From assembly GCA_030141605.1 (NCBI GenBank), contig JAQGDQ010000062.1, positions 620,001 to 684,000 on the forward strand: DNA of 64,000 bases, in the 5' to 3' direction. The stretch's first letter is position 1. Each line of letters opens with the position of its first letter. Positions 51,374-63,757 of the stretch are shown in pieces. Origin of the DNA: Tubiluchus corallicola. Its lineage: Eukaryota; Animalia; Priapulida. A model generated the notes under the pieces. The model was not told the DNA's origin. It searched no databases and worked only from the letters and a program-made list of their open reading frames with translations. The translations under genes were made by a program, and so were the position numbers.

Positions 51374-54300
51374 CTAAATGTAGTTTTCAATTAGTCGCTT
51401 TTTGTACTTTTTAGTTATTTGTAATAAGGATGAGCAGGTGGTTATTGATGTATCTAAGGCGTTCCAAAGTTTGATTCCATTATGTTGCAGTGTGTTTAGG
51501 CCAAATGATGTTTTATATCGGGCCTGGTAATAAAAACCACTTGTTGCTGCTCGTGTTTCATAAGTATGAATATTGCTAACCTTTTGGAAATAATTTGTAT
51601 AAAGAGTAGGTAAAATGCCGTGTTTGTATTTAAACATAAACTTAAGTAATTCCAAGTTGTATATATCAGCTAGCTTTACTAGTTTCAGATATTTGTATGA
51701 AGGCGTAGCTCGATCCCTGTAGGCAGAAAAAGTAATACATTTGACTATTTTGTTTTGGGCAGTAATTAATGGGTGAAGAGTAGTGGTTTTTGCTCTACCC
51801 CAAGAAAGAATGCAGTAATGTAGATAGGGGTATATTAGTGCATAGTAAAGTATTAGCAGTGTTTTTTTGGTAATAAAGTGTCGTATTTTGTAGAATAAAC
51901 CAATTATTTTGTTAATTTTTTGTGTTATTGTTTGTATATGTGTCTGCCATTTCAAAGTGTTGTCTATATAAAGCCCAAGATATTTTATCGATGTAGCCTG
52001 CATAATTTCATTGTTGTCCATTTTTAACGTAAAAGGAATAATATCGTTTGAAGATGATTTATGTTTGATTATCATATATTTAGTTTTTGCATAATTTACA
52101 GATAGTTTATTGGCTTTCATCCAAATTGAGATTTTTTTGAGTTCTTCGTTCGTTCGTTGTTGGAGGCGATCTATGTCTGAATCATTAAGGAATAGGTTTG
52201 TGTCATCAGCAAAGAGGCGTGTATTGAAATTGGAAACAAGCGGCATGTCGTTCATGTATATAAGAAACAAAAGTGGTCCTAATGTTGACCCTTGTGGTAC
52301 TCTTAAGTAAATTAGAAGCATTGTTTTGTACCACTGTATATTGTTGTTAGATAATTTGTTATTAATTTTAATGTATTACATCGTATGCCATAGTGATTAA
52401 GTTTATGTAAGATTATATGATGGGAGACTGAGTCAAAAGCTTTAGATAAGTCTAGAAAAATTCCGCATGTATAAGTTCGATTATCTAAATTCTTGAGCAT
52501 GTTTTCAATGAGCTCTGCTGTAGCTAGAGCAGTTGAATGGTTTTTTCTGAATCCAAATTGGCATTTTGTGAGTACACTGCAAGAATTTAGGAAATTGATG
52601 AGGCGGTTGTATATAATAATTTCATAGATCTTAGATATAGGAGACAGTATAGAAATTGGACGATAATTTTTTGGTTCCTCGGGTGAGTCAGCTTTAAATA
52701 CAGGTGTCACTTTAGCTATTTTGAGAAAGTCGGGAAAGACTCCTTGTGTAACTGATAGGTTGAAAAGATGGGTCAAAATGGGGACAATTTTATTAGCAGC
52801 AAGCTTATAGTATTTATTAGGTATGTTTTCCTGACCAGTAGACTTTGATTCATTAAGCTTATTAATTTTCAGCTTTTATTTCGGCTTGTGTCACTGGGTA
52901 AAAAATATTGTTTTTTCATTTCTGTTTGTTAGATATGAGTCAAAACTAACTAGTGATGGTGGAATTTTTTTGGCCATATTTTCGCCAATAGATTGAAAAA
53001 AGTTGTTGAAAGCATTTGCAATTTCCATTTTATCTGTTAATGTGCGGCCATTGTATTTGAGTTTCTCAGGTGCAGATTGAGTTTTGTTATTTCTACCCAG
53101 TATGTTATTAATATTCATCCATGTCTTTTTTATATTGTTGCTGTGTACTGTAAATAAGTTTTCGTAAAAATCTTTCTTAGCAATGTTTTTTAGATGATTC
53201 AGCCTATTTGAGTATACTTTATATATGTTTCTGTCATATTCCGAAGGCGATATTTTATGTGTTTTGTACATTGTGCTTCGTTTTCGAATTGAAGTTAATA
53301 GCCCTGGAGTAATCCAAGGTTTGTTAAATGTTTTGCTTTCCTTTCTTGACAAGGTCCTTGTAAAAGCATCATTAGTATCAGTGATATTAAGTGTGTTTAC
53401 TAACAATTTTTCAAGATCTTGTAAAAAGGACTCCGTATTGAAATTCTTTTTATCTCGTATTGTTATTTTAGTTTTAGCTTTGACTAAGTGAGCAGATTTT
53501 ACAATTATAAATATAGGCAAGTGATCAGCTACTTCACTAAGTATGATACCAGAAACTATGTGGTTCTGATATGAGTTTGTATAGAAATGATCTATAAGTG
53601 TTTGTGAAGTATGAGTAATTCTGGTCGGGTAGGTTATTAGGGGTGTATAGCAATTTGTAAATAGCATGTTAAGATAATCATTTACTTGTGATTTTTGTTC
53701 ATACTGTAGTAGATTTATGTTTGTGTCGCCGCAGATATATGCGGTCCTTCCAGATCTGTTTATTTTAGATAAGACTCTTTCAGCCTCTTCCCGAAAGTGC
53801 TGTAGTGAAGTGTTTGGGTGTCTGTAGATGACCCCGAAAATGACAGTTTTTTGGTGTTTTTAATTCTAGCCAAAGTTGCTCTACCTGTATCCTACTGGTC
53901 AAATTATTTTGTGTTTTTGTAGCAGCTATTTGATAGTCTGTGTTTACAGAAAATGCGATGTTTCGTTTTATATAGATTCCTACCCCACCAGCATTTGTTT
54001 GTGAATTTACATTTAAAAATAAATAACCTGGTATATCACAAAGAAATGCTGTGTTGCTTTGTAGTTTTGTTTCAGAGATGGCGATAGCATCTGGTGGGTT
54101 ATCCTCAAAATGTGCTAATACATCAAGCATGTTTGAGAAGTTCTTTGATAGACTTCGGGTATTAAAATGTATAAAGAACATGTCATTTTTGTTTACAACT
54201 AAATCAGAGTTTTGTCTCAGAGCAGCGAGCTTGTAGTATTTGCACATATTGAAGTTTGTGTAATGATCTGGATCCTGTTCATCATGTTCATTTGCGGTGA

Positions 54301-54571
54301 AAACTGATGATAAATTTTTTAAAACATTGCTCATTTGGCTTGCACTGAAAATGTCTCTTAGCTCGTCATTTTCAGTGCTTTGAAAGTGGAGTATTCTATT
54401 TATACATGGCTGACAAAAAGGAATGTCTGAATTAGCCAACTTTTGAAAGTCTTGCATTGTTATCATAGTGCATTTAAGATGACACCATTTCCTACAGATT
54501 TCACAGTATAGGGCATTCTGATTAATTTTGCAAGCAAGCGTACATCCAGTGCAGGGATACTGAATTACCAT
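51374..54571 (-). pseudogene. LINE ORF2 (PHD finger, APE endonuclease, reverse transcriptase), disrupted
   Basis: CTGC..CEIC..HLKC..CQPC; HFNTRSL, AISETKL, DHFY, ADHLPI; NYRPISIL, QFGFR, LDLSKAFDSV, VPQGSTLGP, FADD; split over 4 ORFs. Confidence 0.93.
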
Positions 54572-54639
54572 TTAATTTATAACAAAGGTAATTTAATTTA
54601 TATACAGATGTAGGTAATCTGTATATAGCTGGGTTCTAG

Positions 54640-54980
54640 CTAAAGCATGTTCAAGTCATCTTCACTATTTATTGAGATAACAGGGCTGCTATCATTTACT
54701 CTCATTTTGATTTTTCCATTTACAGTCCATAAATATTTTATGTTCTTATTTCGTTTTACGCATCGACTTTGAAACAGCAGTTTTCTCTTCATTTGCGTTA
54801 GAGATTCATTAACATAGATTTTACTACTGTTATATTTAGCTACGGTAAGCATATCAGCATTACCTGCATGTCTTCTTTTTTCATAGAATTGGGTTCTTAC
54901 ATCTCTTCTTGTAAATTTCACAATGATCTTGGGGCACATTCCCCTCTTTGGTGGTGGTAGCCGGTGAGACGTGCTTATGT
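54640..54980 (-). pseudogene. LINE ORF1 C-terminal part (FP25/transposase-22-like)
   Basis: DISTSHRLP..PKIIVKF..KIYVNESLT..RKLL..KYLWTVNGKIKMR..INSEDDL. Confidence 0.85.
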
Positions 54981-57507
54981 CATATGGGCTGCCCGGCTGG
55001 AGTCAGTTCAAACCTTACCATCTTAAGCTGACGATTCTAATACTTGCATCAAATTATTCAGAACTAGTTTGTTGGGGCCATCCGCATAATAACAATATGA
55101 AGTTTTTGGTAGATTTCGAGGACCTACCTACCTTGCATTATAATGGCGTTACCATGCCTCACTACCTAAAACCCTTTATATTGGTAATCATCGATCTATA
55201 GCTTTTTGTACGTTTCCTTAAAAATTTGATAATGACGACTTACAAAGTAAAACGGAAAAGGATACTAATATGTATCAGTGAAGATAGATAATCAATCTTT
55301 GTATATAAAATAAAACGACTAATGCGGAGGTAATAATTGCGTTAAAAAGGATCCTATAAAACTCTTTCCCAGATGAAAGATCTCCCAAAAATGTTTCTTA
55401 AGAGAAACTTCATGGTTCTATTATTAGTTGATAAATCCGCTATTTTCGTAAGATAAAGCCTTTGACGTCTTAACCCTCTTAGCTGCCTACCCTTCCTACC
55501 ACTTCTCATACTTTCCCTCTCTCCTTCTCAATCTTCCTTCCTATCTATCCCCCGTCTCTCTCCTTATCTCTTCCCCTACCTACCTTTCTTCTCTCTACCT
55601 GTCCCTTTTTTCACCCTGCTAGCAAGCGACATGCCATCACTGGTCCTATTAAGGTTTGCCTGTACTCGCCCAGCACTGAACTCACTCTGTCTCATAAAAG
55701 CCATGCCACTATCATGCCAGCACGGGGCCAGCAATGTTAACTATATTATAGCAAGGAAGCAGCATGCCATCACTGGCTCAATTAAGGTTTGCCTCCTTCT
55801 CTCTCTCATTCGCCTTTTATCAACAATGCCTTCATAACAACTATCAGAAATCAGAATCATTTCAAATGATGCAATATTTAAAAGGTCAATGTTTAAAAAA
55901 CAAAGGTAGTTTTTAAGGTTGTTGTGAGTAAATATTTTATTTTGAAACTTTGTTATTACAATTTTAGGTTGTTTTTATTATGAAACGGCTTTCCCAAAGT
56001 ATAAAGCAATCATCAAACAAATCAGTTCCCAGGTCAGGGCATTGCCAAATTTCTGTAGTCAAGCACGTCACGATCAGTCACTATTGCATATAGTATATGC
56101 AATGATCATACGCGATTCGTTATTTAATCGTTCTGACATGATCGTTTGATTACATGATCATATGTAGTTAAAATAAACTACTTTTCATTGCATAATATCT
56201 ACCTGCGCTTTAAAAAAGGATTTTTTTATTATATTTTCTGTGGATTTTATTACCTATGAACTGACGGTTCTGTGTAAAAATTTTTCTAGGAAATCGCAAT
56301 GCTGGGAAGAATCGTTTCTGGAAACATCTTTTTGTGGAAATTTTTCTGGCAAAATTTTTTTCTCAATTTTTTTTTGTCTGGCAAGAAAAACTCTTCTGGG
56401 AAAAGACACTATCCCGTTTAGAAATGCATACATATGCATATAATACGTGTAGACATGCATGTATTAGCTAAAGGTGTAAAAGGAACCCCCGATGCCCAAT
56501 TACGTGCTACAGAATTGTCCTCAGTAGAACCATCCTTTTTCTCCAAAGCCAAGAAAACTTATACCAGATTGCATGCCTAGCCTTCAATGGGTTTATTGGC
56601 TCTACACACTACAGCTCAATTGTTACTGCTAAAAGAATTGCAGAAAGTTTCACTTTCTCCATGAGCTTTACCAAATTGAACACCAAATGTCTGGGGCCCA
56701 AATATCAGTAGACCCACAAAAACTATAAAACTTTTAAATAAATTGTGAAAACGATTAATTAATGATGCATAACAATGACAATGGTTATAATATTATCATT
56801 GCTTACCTTTCGAGAAAAATGTAATTTCTTCAATGCAAAACACACCCACATACAAACTAATAACTGTCAACGATTCTTTCCTGTCAAAAGCAAGAACACA
56901 AATGACGTGACGACTGCTTTTATATTAGATGGAGTTATCTTATCATAGTGTGAGAACGAGAATACACGGTTAAAGGAAACATGTGGAAGTTAAGAAACAC
57001 AGAGAATGGTCAGTGAATGCGTGACTCACTAAGTGTAAAGTTTCAATGCTGGCTTTGGGCGATTTTTTTGTTTGCTGAAAAGGATCTAGTTATATTCGAA
57101 TGTGGCTTATAAGTCAGGTTCCAATCTTGCAACAACCATCTACATTAAGTGGGCACTGGCTTTGAGTGCTAAACTGAGTACCACTGATAAAGGAAAAAAC
57201 CTTTAGAAAAATTATTATTACAGTACACTTTAACAGTCTGATATTACTGTCTCGTTTTTTACACTTAATTTTTTTCCTTTTTACAGTCATTAGTTTATCA
57301 GCCACGTCTATTAGAATGTATTTTGCCTATACTTTAAAAATTATCACTAGACCATTTCATTTATATCACTTATATATATATATATCATTCCTTGATAGGC
57401 TTTACCTAATCCACATTTTTAATCTTTTAATCTTTACATTTTTAATTAAACTCATTTTTTTAAATACATCAAACTTTGCACTGGTATCAGTCCTTCACTA
57501 GCAAACA

Positions 57508-59664
57508 TCACTTATAATTAACTCCAAAGGGCTTATTAGGTACGGAAAATCTCCTAATTCGACCAGCTGATGCACTACGGGCAGCACGAGGCCCTTGGTC
57601 AAAGTAGTGTTCACCGTCAAGACTTGCATGGTGGCTTCTATCTATTTGAAACTGATCACTACGACTTGCTCTGAGAGGTGATTCAACATTCACAATGCTA
57701 TTAGCACATTCATGTTGTGTATTTCGAATGCAGTGTAGTTGTTGGTCAATACCATAAGCAGCATCTTGACCAGCAATGTCGCTATTTTTTGCATTTTCAA
57801 GACCGCTGCCATTAGCATCATCAGCAGAATTATTTCCTCGAGGCTCAGTGCCACCAAGAACAAATCTTGATGTGTTGGTATCCCTACCAGACTGCTCCCC
57901 ATTTCCACCATCACCTCGATCGTGATCAGTAGAATTACCACCATCTCCAGGAACAAGGGGCTCACTGTCATCAGTTACTTCACCAGTTGCTGGACATTCA
58001 AAATGGACAACGTGAAACACTTCATTCGCTGTATTGTGAGTGCCAACAATTTTTATGAAAGTTATTGCACGCTTGGCAAATGTTATCGTCTGCCAAGATC
58101 TACAACGTTCCTTAGTTCGATCACACACAATTTCCCATCTCTGATTGTCGGTGGACACCTCCACAAGAAAAGAATAGCAACGATCGTCACAGTCCCATAA
58201 AAGTAACCTCATAGAGCTAACCAAATAGGGCTGCGCAAGTTGGACAATTATAGAACCACTCCCAAGCTGATGACAGGTATATCCAGAATCCCAATCATAG
58301 TTATGTATGTCACCATTTATCAATGCATTTCTGCTTCTGCTCACACCATCTATTACCACAGCATCATGTTGAGTACTAGCCACATTCTCCTTAGGAACAA
58401 TAAGACCTCTTTCAATGCAAAACACGTCTTTGGTATAATAAGCCTCCATTGCTACAAGGTGAAACACACGATTGATTGTATTATGCGTGCCAACTACACG
58501 TATATACTTCACAACACGGGCTGGGAAGTACAGTCTTTGCCAGGATCTACACAAGTAGCGAGAGTGGTCAACAACTCGTGTCCAGTTACTATCGTCCATA
58601 GAAACTTCAACAAAATATGAATACGAGCGCATGTCTTTATCCCAAAGCAATAGCCGTATACAGTTAATAATACACTGCATTCCAAGCTTAACAACTATTC
58701 CAGTGTTTGGTGGCTCTTCAATAGGATGTCGTGTGTAGCCACGATCCATGTCATAATTAACAACATCACCATCTAGAAGAGCTGATTTAACCTCTCCTTT
58801 TATGACAACAGCACCATGTCTTGGCGACACAAGGTTTTCGCCAATTATCAAAATGCCTCTATAATTCAGATCATTATTGCGGCATTCAACCCTTTCTTTA
58901 ATAGCATCCAGTATAGCATCAGCAGGAAACAGATTTGTAGGGCGCACTACATTCAATAAATCTTGTAGAGTCATTAAAGGTAGCCTAACTGCTTTTAGTA
59001 TTTCTTCTGCACTTACCACTGGGTTTGCTCCTGTCCAGTTCTTCACAGAGTAGAATATCTCGCTCTCTGGTGCACAAAAAGAATCCCGGCAAATCATTTC
59101 ATAAACAGACGAAGCAGAAAGTGCAAGGAATGATCCAGAATTCAGAACTTCTAATGCATGCCTGTCCATATATTCAAAACAGGTATCCCGTAAAGACACT
59201 AAGTTATATAAGGACGCTGCATCATAAATCATACACACATTATTAATGTTTAATATTGCTTTTAGGTAATGACAAATGCTTGATTCTAATGCTTGAAAAC
59301 CATATTGGTGAACTAAGCCTAATATGTCTAAAATTAAGTCCTCTTTTAGACTGCTGAGTACCACACGACCAGTGTATATGTACTGTACTAGTATCCTGAA
59401 TGCTGCAGCTGATGTATCATGCAGCACTACTTTTGCCATTCCGGGCTGTGATTCCTTCATGCCTCCAAAAAGCATTGCTCTGAAGTACTCACTTCTGGCA
59501 GCAAGAATAACTTTATGGCTAGGAAAGGACTCATCTTCAACAACAAGTGTAACATCGCTAAACTCGTCATCTAGACAAAGTTTACCAAAGTCTTCAGATA
59601 ATAATTCAACATGTTCAACTTCCTTTGGTGGAACAGATGAAAAAAATGTCCGGCGATCACACAT
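57508..59664 (-). CDS. BTBD9: BTB/POZ domain-containing protein 9; intronless CDS
   Basis: 718-aa ORF: BTB (HKVILAARSEYFRAMLFGGMKES), BACK, two F5/8-type C domains (LLLWDKDMRSYSY, YDWDSGYTCHQLGSG, GTHNTANEVFH); acceptor tttttgcag 8 nt before ATG. Confidence 0.96.
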   Translation of the reverse strand: MCDRRTFFSSVPPKEVEHVELLSEDFGKLCLDDEFSDVTLVVEDESFPSHKVILAARSEYFRAMLFGGMKESQPGMAKVVLHDTSAAAFRILVQYIYTGRVVLSSLKEDLILDILGLVHQYGFQALESSICHYLKAILNINNVCMIYDAASLYNLVSLRDTCFEYMDRHALEVLNSGSFLALSASSVYEMICRDSFCAPESEIFYSVKNWTGANPVVSAEEILKAVRLPLMTLQDLLNVVRPTNLFPADAILDAIKERVECRNNDLNYRGILIIGENLVSPRHGAVVIKGEVKSALLDGDVVNYDMDRGYTRHPIEEPPNTGIVVKLGMQCIINCIRLLLWDKDMRSYSYFVEVSMDDSNWTRVVDHSRYLCRSWQRLYFPARVVKYIRVVGTHNTINRVFHLVAMEAYYTKDVFCIERGLIVPKENVASTQHDAVVIDGVSRSRNALINGDIHNYDWDSGYTCHQLGSGSIIVQLAQPYLVSSMRLLLWDCDDRCYSFLVEVSTDNQRWEIVCDRTKERCRSWQTITFAKRAITFIKIVGTHNTANEVFHVVHFECPATGEVTDDSEPLVPGDGGNSTDHDRGDGGNGEQSGRDTNTSRFVLGGTEPRGNNSADDANGSGLENAKNSDIAGQDAAYGIDQQLHCIRNTQHECANSIVNVESPLRASRSDQFQIDRSHHASLDGEHYFDQGPRAARSASAGRIRRFSVPNKPFGVNYK

Positions 59665-62600
59665 GATGGAATCTGCAAAAATATTTAAAAATTTATATTA
59701 TTTTTGTAATATACTTTCATTACTTTATGCCATCATGCACTTGTAAGTTAAATATCAACATCTAATCACTCTGACCAGGTGCTATAGTTATGGCTAATAA
59801 TTTAAACTAATATACATGTATTCAAAATTGCATTAATATAAATAATTGTGATTTCCTGATGGCTTTAGGATTGGTATTGGTTATCATGCGTAAAGTTCAA
59901 GTGCCAAGTAAATTGTGATGGACCTTTATTGGAAGCAATGAGCGGATTCATAGGTCTATATAAAGTCAAGGCTATTCCCCACTTTTAAACCATTATAGAG
60001 AAGTGTGCTTGCATTGTAAAATTAACTATTTTGTTTTGCTCTGCATGCAGTTGGCTGTTAAGCACTGGGGACAAATCTAAAGTGCAGATTAGGGCCCACG
60101 TAAATCTAAGAATTTGATAGTTGACACCTGAATTAGGTTTTGATTATTGCATTACTTTTCATTTGCATGTCCTGGTAATAGTTTTTGTTAATTAGTAGTT
60201 CCATTTTCACTGGTGCAGGAGCAGAATGAAGATAGTTTTCTAATGGAAAAAGCAATTTCTGAATTTGAACGAAAATCTGCTTATAAAACTGCGGCTGAGT
60301 TTTATTACATATATTATTACATTTTCACAAGACTTCCACAGTGTCAATTTAATAGCAAAAATAAAATGACTGATAAACTCAATAAATGCACAAGTGTTTA
60401 AGTATAATGCAATGCTTGATAGCAGATAGCCACAGCTACTAAAATTGCTATAGTTTGTGCTATTTCTGTGAATATCAAAAAAGCGATCAGGACAAGCTTA
60501 TAAATAACTTTTTACATGCGCTATGCATAATTTCCGATTAACAGAAAAATAACAGAAAAACCATTTCATCAAAACTGATATGATAACGATACTCCTAAGC
60601 CAGCCACAAATTTTTTTTAGTTAGTTCAAACAATGTCAGTAGGCAGAGAGGAAAGTTTTTTGCTGAAATTTTTTTTTAAAGCTTTGTGAATGTTTATATC
60701 ATGGAATACTTAAATTTGGTTAGAATCAAAGTTGTTTACTTTCCCACTGGTTAGCAGTAATGTTTTATATTACATTTTTTACTCTGTTTTTTAATTTTTT
60801 GTTTCACATTACTAGATTAATTTACCACGTAATTACCGATTATCGTACAGTCTCTTTTTATAAGGCATAAACGTATGTTCTGATACATATGGTACAAACA
60901 GCAACACTACTTGGCCATTAATACAATAGTTCGATGGAAAATACGATAATTTTTAAAACCAATATGATAATTAGCATGACGAAATGGCAACCCTGGCCAA
61001 AAGTTTTGTGCAGAAAAGCATGGCTGTGCTCTAGCCAAAAAAACGAGAATATAATAATTATTGTATTTTACATTTAAATAAAAAATACACTCTTATATCT
61101 CTGCGCCAGGTAGTATATGAACGTGTAAAAAAATTATAAAATTCCAGGTTGTATCGATAAAAAAATTAAACGGGTGATTAGACGGAAACCGAAATATTTT
61201 TATTGTCACAATAGTATTGATATGGTAAAGATAAAAACAAATTTTAGAATTCAATATCAATAGAATAATATGCAATCGATTTTTTTGCTATCGTTAACAA
61301 ACCTCAGTACTGTAATCATTATCTTGCTTGGCATTCTTTAGAACAGATTTTTAAAATACTTTGAAGGTATGCCAAACCACTGTTATTATTTGTTAAGATT
61401 TTAAAAGGAGTATGTTCATTAAGTGTTGATAAATGCTATAATAAATTTCTTGTATTAAAGGTAAAGAGGCAATTTTTCATCGAAGAAACTATTTTAAACT
61501 AGATTGAAGGTCTAGACAATTCATCACTATGACTATTAGAAACCAGAAACTCAAAGTTAGATGAGAATAATTATAACATTGGAATAATTACAACAGTGAC
61601 ATGGCACCACTTGTGCATGCCTGAGACAGACTTCATGAGGCTGTGACTACAGCAAAGTCTGCTAACTCTTTCAAAGCAAAGCTGCATGAGCACAAAAGGT
61701 ACAGGTATATCACAAACTGGAAAGTCACATTGTGAAAGATCCACAAAATTATCAGGGAAAGCGGAAGAAGGAAAGACCGGCCGAAAGATACTAACATACA
61801 AAAACCGTACCAGATAAGTGAAATGAAGTATTTGCCTTGCCGAAGGCAGATTAAAGCCTACCATTTGTCACAGTTTTATCAGTTACTCCTAATTCCAGAA
61901 CACTAAATGCAAAATCGAAGCGACTCCTACCCCCCCAGTCCTAACTGGTATCACTGTTATTATAATTAATATAATATTACTTATTAGTGTTAAAACTTTA
62001 CTTTAGTATAAAATAAACCATGGCAAAGAACAATGTCAAAACATCTCTTTACTGTCTTATCAGGTTTAGAGATAAAACACTATATATAACAGCTTTTAGC
62101 TTACCTAACCAACCCAAAAGAGCAAGCAAGTTTACATGCTTGATAAGACGTATTTAATTTAGAATAAACGAACATACCAACGCGTGAAATTAAGATCCGC
62201 GAACCCTTCACAGGAATAAGTAGACTTGACACTCGTAATATGTACTAGAGTTCGCACCTTCGTAAATCTGATGAATTCAGCATCATGCACTGCACCTTGA
62301 CTACCTTCAACAGTGCCGTTAAACAAACCTTGAACTTTCTTCCGAAGGCTTCGTTCAAATCTGATCAATAATATCACCCGAGATACTAAGTGAACTATAC
62401 AGCAATAGTTCTACAATTGCTTTAAGGGCTAAAAAGCATTTTCAACTCAAGCAGTTTTCTTCCGTCACCAGATCCAAATCTCAGACCGGTGATTTGTCCA
62501 CTAGTATAAAGTGGTCTTACAAAGATCATGCATAGTACTTGATTTTATTCTGCAGTAAAACCATTATTAGTTCATTATAAATTTTGCACAGAAACTGCAG

Positions 62601-62669
62601 CAAAACATTTTAATGATAAAGAACATAATTATGTGACTAAAGTCCAGAATTATACGAATCTATAATTTT

Positions 62670-63270
62670 AGGTTCGAATCGAATTCGAACTAAAAAAACT
62701 TATTCGAATCGAATTCGAACGTTCGAGTTTCAACAAGTACAACCTTACTAAGTTCCAGATAGCGAATACAAAAAGGCATCATTTCTGATGATATAAGACT
62801 GAACTCATAAAGCTGATCAACATTATTTATTAGCCATATTGAAATGTAATGCACAACACAAGACATGATCTATATGACCAGGTATCTAGATGAGCTGTGC
62901 TTATAATCTTATTTGATTGCGCACAGGCACCTGGATCATCAGGTTTCAAAGATTGTCATTGATTATTGTATAAATAGTGTCCTAAGAACCAGAAGTGCAG
63001 CGATTACTTCCAGAACAGAACGTTTATTTCCAGTGAGCACTGAATGACTGAGATGACAGAGCAATGGACCAAAAAAAGAGGAATTATCTGCATTTCATGA
63101 CTGATATATGAACTGCTTACATAATCGGTCAAATCAGCAATCACCATGCATGATGCAAGAATTAAGAATGCAGCTACGCACAGACACTTGCCACTTTCTC
63201 ACGTCGTTCAAATTAGCTCCAAAAAACAATTTATCACTTTTGTTTCAGCAGCCGAATATATCAATTATTT
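62670..63270 (+). mobile_element. Possible decayed hAT element
   Basis: Clustered TTCGAATCGAATTCGAAC repeats at 62671-62727; weak dimerisation-domain-like remnants (YLDE.., TSRTERLF) at 62880-63035. Confidence 0.4.
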
Positions 63271-63499
63271 GCTCAGAATCGGAAAGCACAGTCGGGATTT
63301 TGTAAATAATATGAAATAATGGGGAATTTCTATTTGATAGTCGCTGGCGAACAATCAATGCGTGCGCACTAAAGACAGGAAGCAGTAAGCGTTTTATAAA
63401 CAATCGAACACCTGCAGAGAACGCCAGTGACTAGTATATTTCCAATTTTGCTACTGCTAATTGTTTCCAGACCACTCTCACAGCTGGTCAGGGACCGGG

Positions 63500-63757
63500 A
63501 GACGGCACAGATGACGCCCCCTGTGAGATTAAGATTCGGGCATCCAGGTGCATGGCATAAATATTGCTCTCTTAAGATTCGGGCCATATTTGAATTCCTG
63601 GAAAAAATATCAATTTCGGAGTTGAAAAAACTATTTTCTGAAAATATAAAGGGCAGTTCTGCCCGAATTTAGCTGTCAATTTTGCCCGAATTTTTTGAAA
63701 CACGAATTGGGGGGGGGGGGCAAACTGTCCCCCTGCCCGCTGCCCAGTACGCCAATG
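63500..63757. mobile_element. Possible MITE (right end visible, left end unclear)
   Basis: Internal ATTCGGGC/GCCCGAAT repeats, G-run/C-run hairpin, end GTACGCCAATG; no TSD found. Confidence 0.45.

Larger units (their letters stand above)
50674..54980 (-). mobile_element. CR1/L2-group LINE, 5'-truncated, ORF2 frameshifted
   Basis: ORF1 C-terminus, then ORF2 pieces (PHD, APE, RT), ~700-bp 3' UTR with stem-loop, AATAAA and (TGAAT)n tail; possible TSD CATAT (50669-50673 and 54981-54985). Confidence 0.95.

Noticed and set aside
62671-62727. Heat-shock element cluster
   Set aside because: TTCGAA spacing does not fit nGAAn arrays beyond one dimer; more like TE subterminal repeats
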